The notes under the pieces: model-generated
What the model saw: only the letters and a program-made list of their open reading frames with translations
Told to the model about the DNA's origin: nothing
The model's database searches: none
Sequence record: SRR2962707_5410
Direction: 5' to 3' (one strand)
Length of the DNA stretch: 59,474 bases
In this document: positions 57,070 through 59,474 of the stretch, piece by piece
How positions within the stretch are numbered: the stretch's first letter is position 1
Layout: each line of letters opens with the position of its first letter
Position numbers and translations under genes: made by a program

Positions 57070-58080
57070 ATGCCGACCGTTGTTGAGCCCAAGCTAATCT
57101 CGGGCAATGCCAACCTTCCCCTAGCCACTTCAATCGCTCGCCGTATGTCTATGCATCGCGGCAAAAAGGTTGGACTTGTTGATGCGCGTGTAAAGCGGTT
57201 CAACGACCAAGAGATCTTTGTTGAGGTTTATGAAAATGTGCGCGGTGAGGATATGTTTATTCTCCAGTCCACATCAAACCCTGCCAATGATAACCTGATG
57301 GAACTGTTGATCATGGCAGACGCGCTCCGGCGTTCGTCTGCTGCGCGGATCACTGCGGTCATTCCCTACTTCGGCTATGCCCGTCAGGACCGTCGCACAA
57401 AGGCCCGCACGCCGATCAGCGCCAAGCTTGTCGCCAATATGATTGTCGAAGCGGGTGTCGAACGGGTTTTGACCCTGGACTTACACGCCGCGCAGATTCA
57501 GGGCTTTTTCGATATTCCGGTCGATAACCTCTATGCCTCTCCGATTTTTGCGATTGACGTCAAATCTCAGTTCAAAGACCGCCTGAATGACCTCATGGTT
57601 GTTTCGCCGGACGTTGGCGGCGTTGCACGTGCACGTGAACTAGCCAAGCGGATTGACGCGCCCTTGTCGATTGTCGACAAACGTCGTGAAAAAGCGGGTG
57701 AAGTCGCGGAAATGACTGTCATCGGTGATGTTTCCGGCAAGGTTTGCCTGATCGTCGACGACATGTGCGACACCGCGGGCACACTTTGCAAAGCCGCTGA
57801 AGTCCTCATGGAAAACGGCGCTTCAGAAGTTCATGCCTATATCAGCCACGGTGTTATGTCTGGCCCGGCGGTTGAGCGAGTGTCGAACTCAGTTATGAAA
57901 TCCTTGGTACTGACCGATTCCATTCAGCCAACAGAAGAAATTCTGAGCGCACCAAACATCAGAATTCTGCCAACTGCGCCGATCTTTGCCCAGTCGATCC
58001 TGAATATCTGGAATGGCACCTCTGTTTCGTCGTTGTTTGAAGCAGGCTCGCTTGGTCCGATCTACGAAGGCATTCTGTAA
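57070..58080 (+). CDS. prs: Ribose-phosphate pyrophosphokinase
   Basis: '[10 protein letters not shown]', '[11 protein letters not shown]', '[11 protein letters not shown]', '[11 protein letters not shown]'. Confidence 0.97.
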   Translation: MPTVVEPKLISGNANLPLATSIARRMSMHRGKKVGLVDARVKRFNDQEIFVEVYENVRGEDMFILQSTSNPANDNLMELLIMADALRRSSAARITAVIPYFGYARQDRRTKARTPISAKLVANMIVEAGVERVLTLDLHAAQIQGFFDIPVDNLYASPIFAIDVKSQFKDRLNDLMVVSPDVGGVARARELAKRIDAPLSIVDKRREKAGEVAEMTVIGDVSGKVCLIVDDMCDTAGTLCKAAEVLMENGASEVHAYISHGVMSGPAVERVSNSVMKSLVLTDSIQPTEEILSAPNIRILPTAPIFAQSILNIWNGTSVSSLFEAGSLGPIYEGIL

Positions 58081-58089
58081 AATAAGGCC

Positions 58090-58437
58090 TCAGACGTCCC
58101 AATCGTCATTATGACCCAGCTCGCCGATCGCGAGCCAAGACATTCGGGCCCGCGCCACGCGCGTGTCCGACCAGGTTCGAAAGACCAGATCAAAACCAGA
58201 CGCGCTGATATTATCGGCGGTGGCGTCAATTCGGATGTTTGGACCGGAGTCCAAATCCCACATTGATATCGTCACATGTACCGCCGGTGGACTAGTGTAT
58301 TTCGTGTCGAACGCGACATGGCGACGGCGTTCACGGTCCCCCGACCCTGTCCACATTTCACCGCCCGTATCAAACTCAGAGAAGATTTCGACATCCCCCT
58401 GAGAGATGCCCACCGCCGCTTTTCTGATCCTTAGCAT
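58090..58437 (-). CDS. H-type lectin domain protein
   Basis: Start MLRIRK; 'F...PAVHVTISMWD', 'GFDLVFRTWSDTRVAR..MSWLAIG'. Confidence 0.8.
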   Translation of the reverse strand: MLRIRKAAVGISQGDVEIFSEFDTGGEMWTGSGDRERRRHVAFDTKYTSPPAVHVTISMWDLDSGPNIRIDATADNISASGFDLVFRTWSDTRVARARMSWLAIGELGHNDDWDV

Positions 58438-58497
58438 TCGTATCCGCCGCCTGAATTGGGTCTGGGATTGCCAACCTAACACGTGTGCCCACAAAAG

Positions 58498-58525
58498 AAA
58501 GGGCCGCGCAAAAGCGCAGCCCTTT
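58498..58525. terminator. Terminator downstream of the atp operon
   Basis: AAAGGGC-c-GCGC-aaaa-GCGC-a-GCCCTTT, A-rich run on the left gives a minus-strand U-tail. Confidence 0.65.
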
Positions 58526-58559
58526 GAAGAGTTTAGCGGTAGACCAGTAAGCGAATAAC

Positions 58560-58982
58560 TTACTTAGCTGTTAGACCGATGTGATCACCCATGGCGACCA
58601 TATCTGCCAACAACTTAGCCGCGTCATCAACGGGGCCAGGCTCGTTCGCAAAGGCTTCTTTCGCTTGACCGTAGAGGGTTTTCGCCTCTTCGACCAACGC
58701 ATCATACGTCGCTTGATCAACGTCCGTCTTTGGCAGCGCGCGTTCGGCCAGAACCGAAAGGCTCTCTCCCAACTCGGCAAAACCACCGGTAACGACGAAG
58801 TCCTCGGTACCCTTTTCGGTTTGAACCGACAGGATTCCGGGGCGCAGTGTGGTGATCAAAGGCGCATGGTTCGGCATTGCCGTCATGTCGCCATCAGCAC
58901 CGGGGATCTGCACCGAAATCACCTGACCGGACATCAGGTTACGCTCGGGGCTGACCAGATCGAATTGCATTGTCTCAGCCAT
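58560..58982 (-). CDS. atpC: F0F1 ATP synthase epsilon subunit
   Basis: 'QFDLVSPER', '[22 protein letters not shown]', 'VTGGFAE'. Confidence 0.95.
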   Translation of the reverse strand: MAETMQFDLVSPERNLMSGQVISVQIPGADGDMTAMPNHAPLITTLRPGILSVQTEKGTEDFVVTGGFAELGESLSVLAERALPKTDVDQATYDALVEEAKTLYGQAKEAFANEPGPVDDAAKLLADMVAMGDHIGLTAK

Positions 58983-59032
58983 GTGGGCCTCCTGTTAATC
59001 CGAGGGGCGCAAAGGCCCCCCGGCACGTCCCG

Positions 59033-59474
<442 letters not shown>

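Overview
Chromosomal window from an alphaproteobacterium, very likely Rhodobacteraceae/Roseobacter group, judged from gene order (ETF-QO/greA, fdhD-mobA-mobB-moeA, ctaH, pyrB-pyrC-plsY, prs, H-lectin-atpC-atpD). The left half (about 1-29,200) is an accessory catabolic region. It holds a TRAP transporter with a Nac-like LysR, and an idonate/ketogluconate module with a LacI/GntR regulator and two matching operator-promoters. It also holds an HMG/CHA-type aldolase divergent from an operon encoding BCCP, biotin carboxylase, PxpB, PxpC, a lysine-less BCCP-like protein, PxpA, an SDR and a class I aminotransferase. Further right are an orphan Trp-rich ORF, a family-5 ABC transporter with a TIM-barrel isomerase, an FAD oxidoreductase, a GFA protein, a GcvA-like LysR, a split transketolase with an SDR, and an orphan Gly/Ser-tailed lipoprotein. 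The right half (29,261-59,474) is mostly core genome. The best candidate for an undescribed system is the biotin-carboxylase/PxpABC/aminotransferase/aldolase cluster, which looks like a urea-carboxylase-type enzyme split into subunits and embedded in a lactam-to-keto-acid catabolic pathway. Also notable are a MoeA fused to a DUF429-like domain, an orphan antisense GntR promoter, and a hairpin with a G-quadruplex loop upstream of pyrB. No rRNA, tRNA, CRISPR array or transposase was seen. All family calls come from motif recognition by eye, with no database searches.
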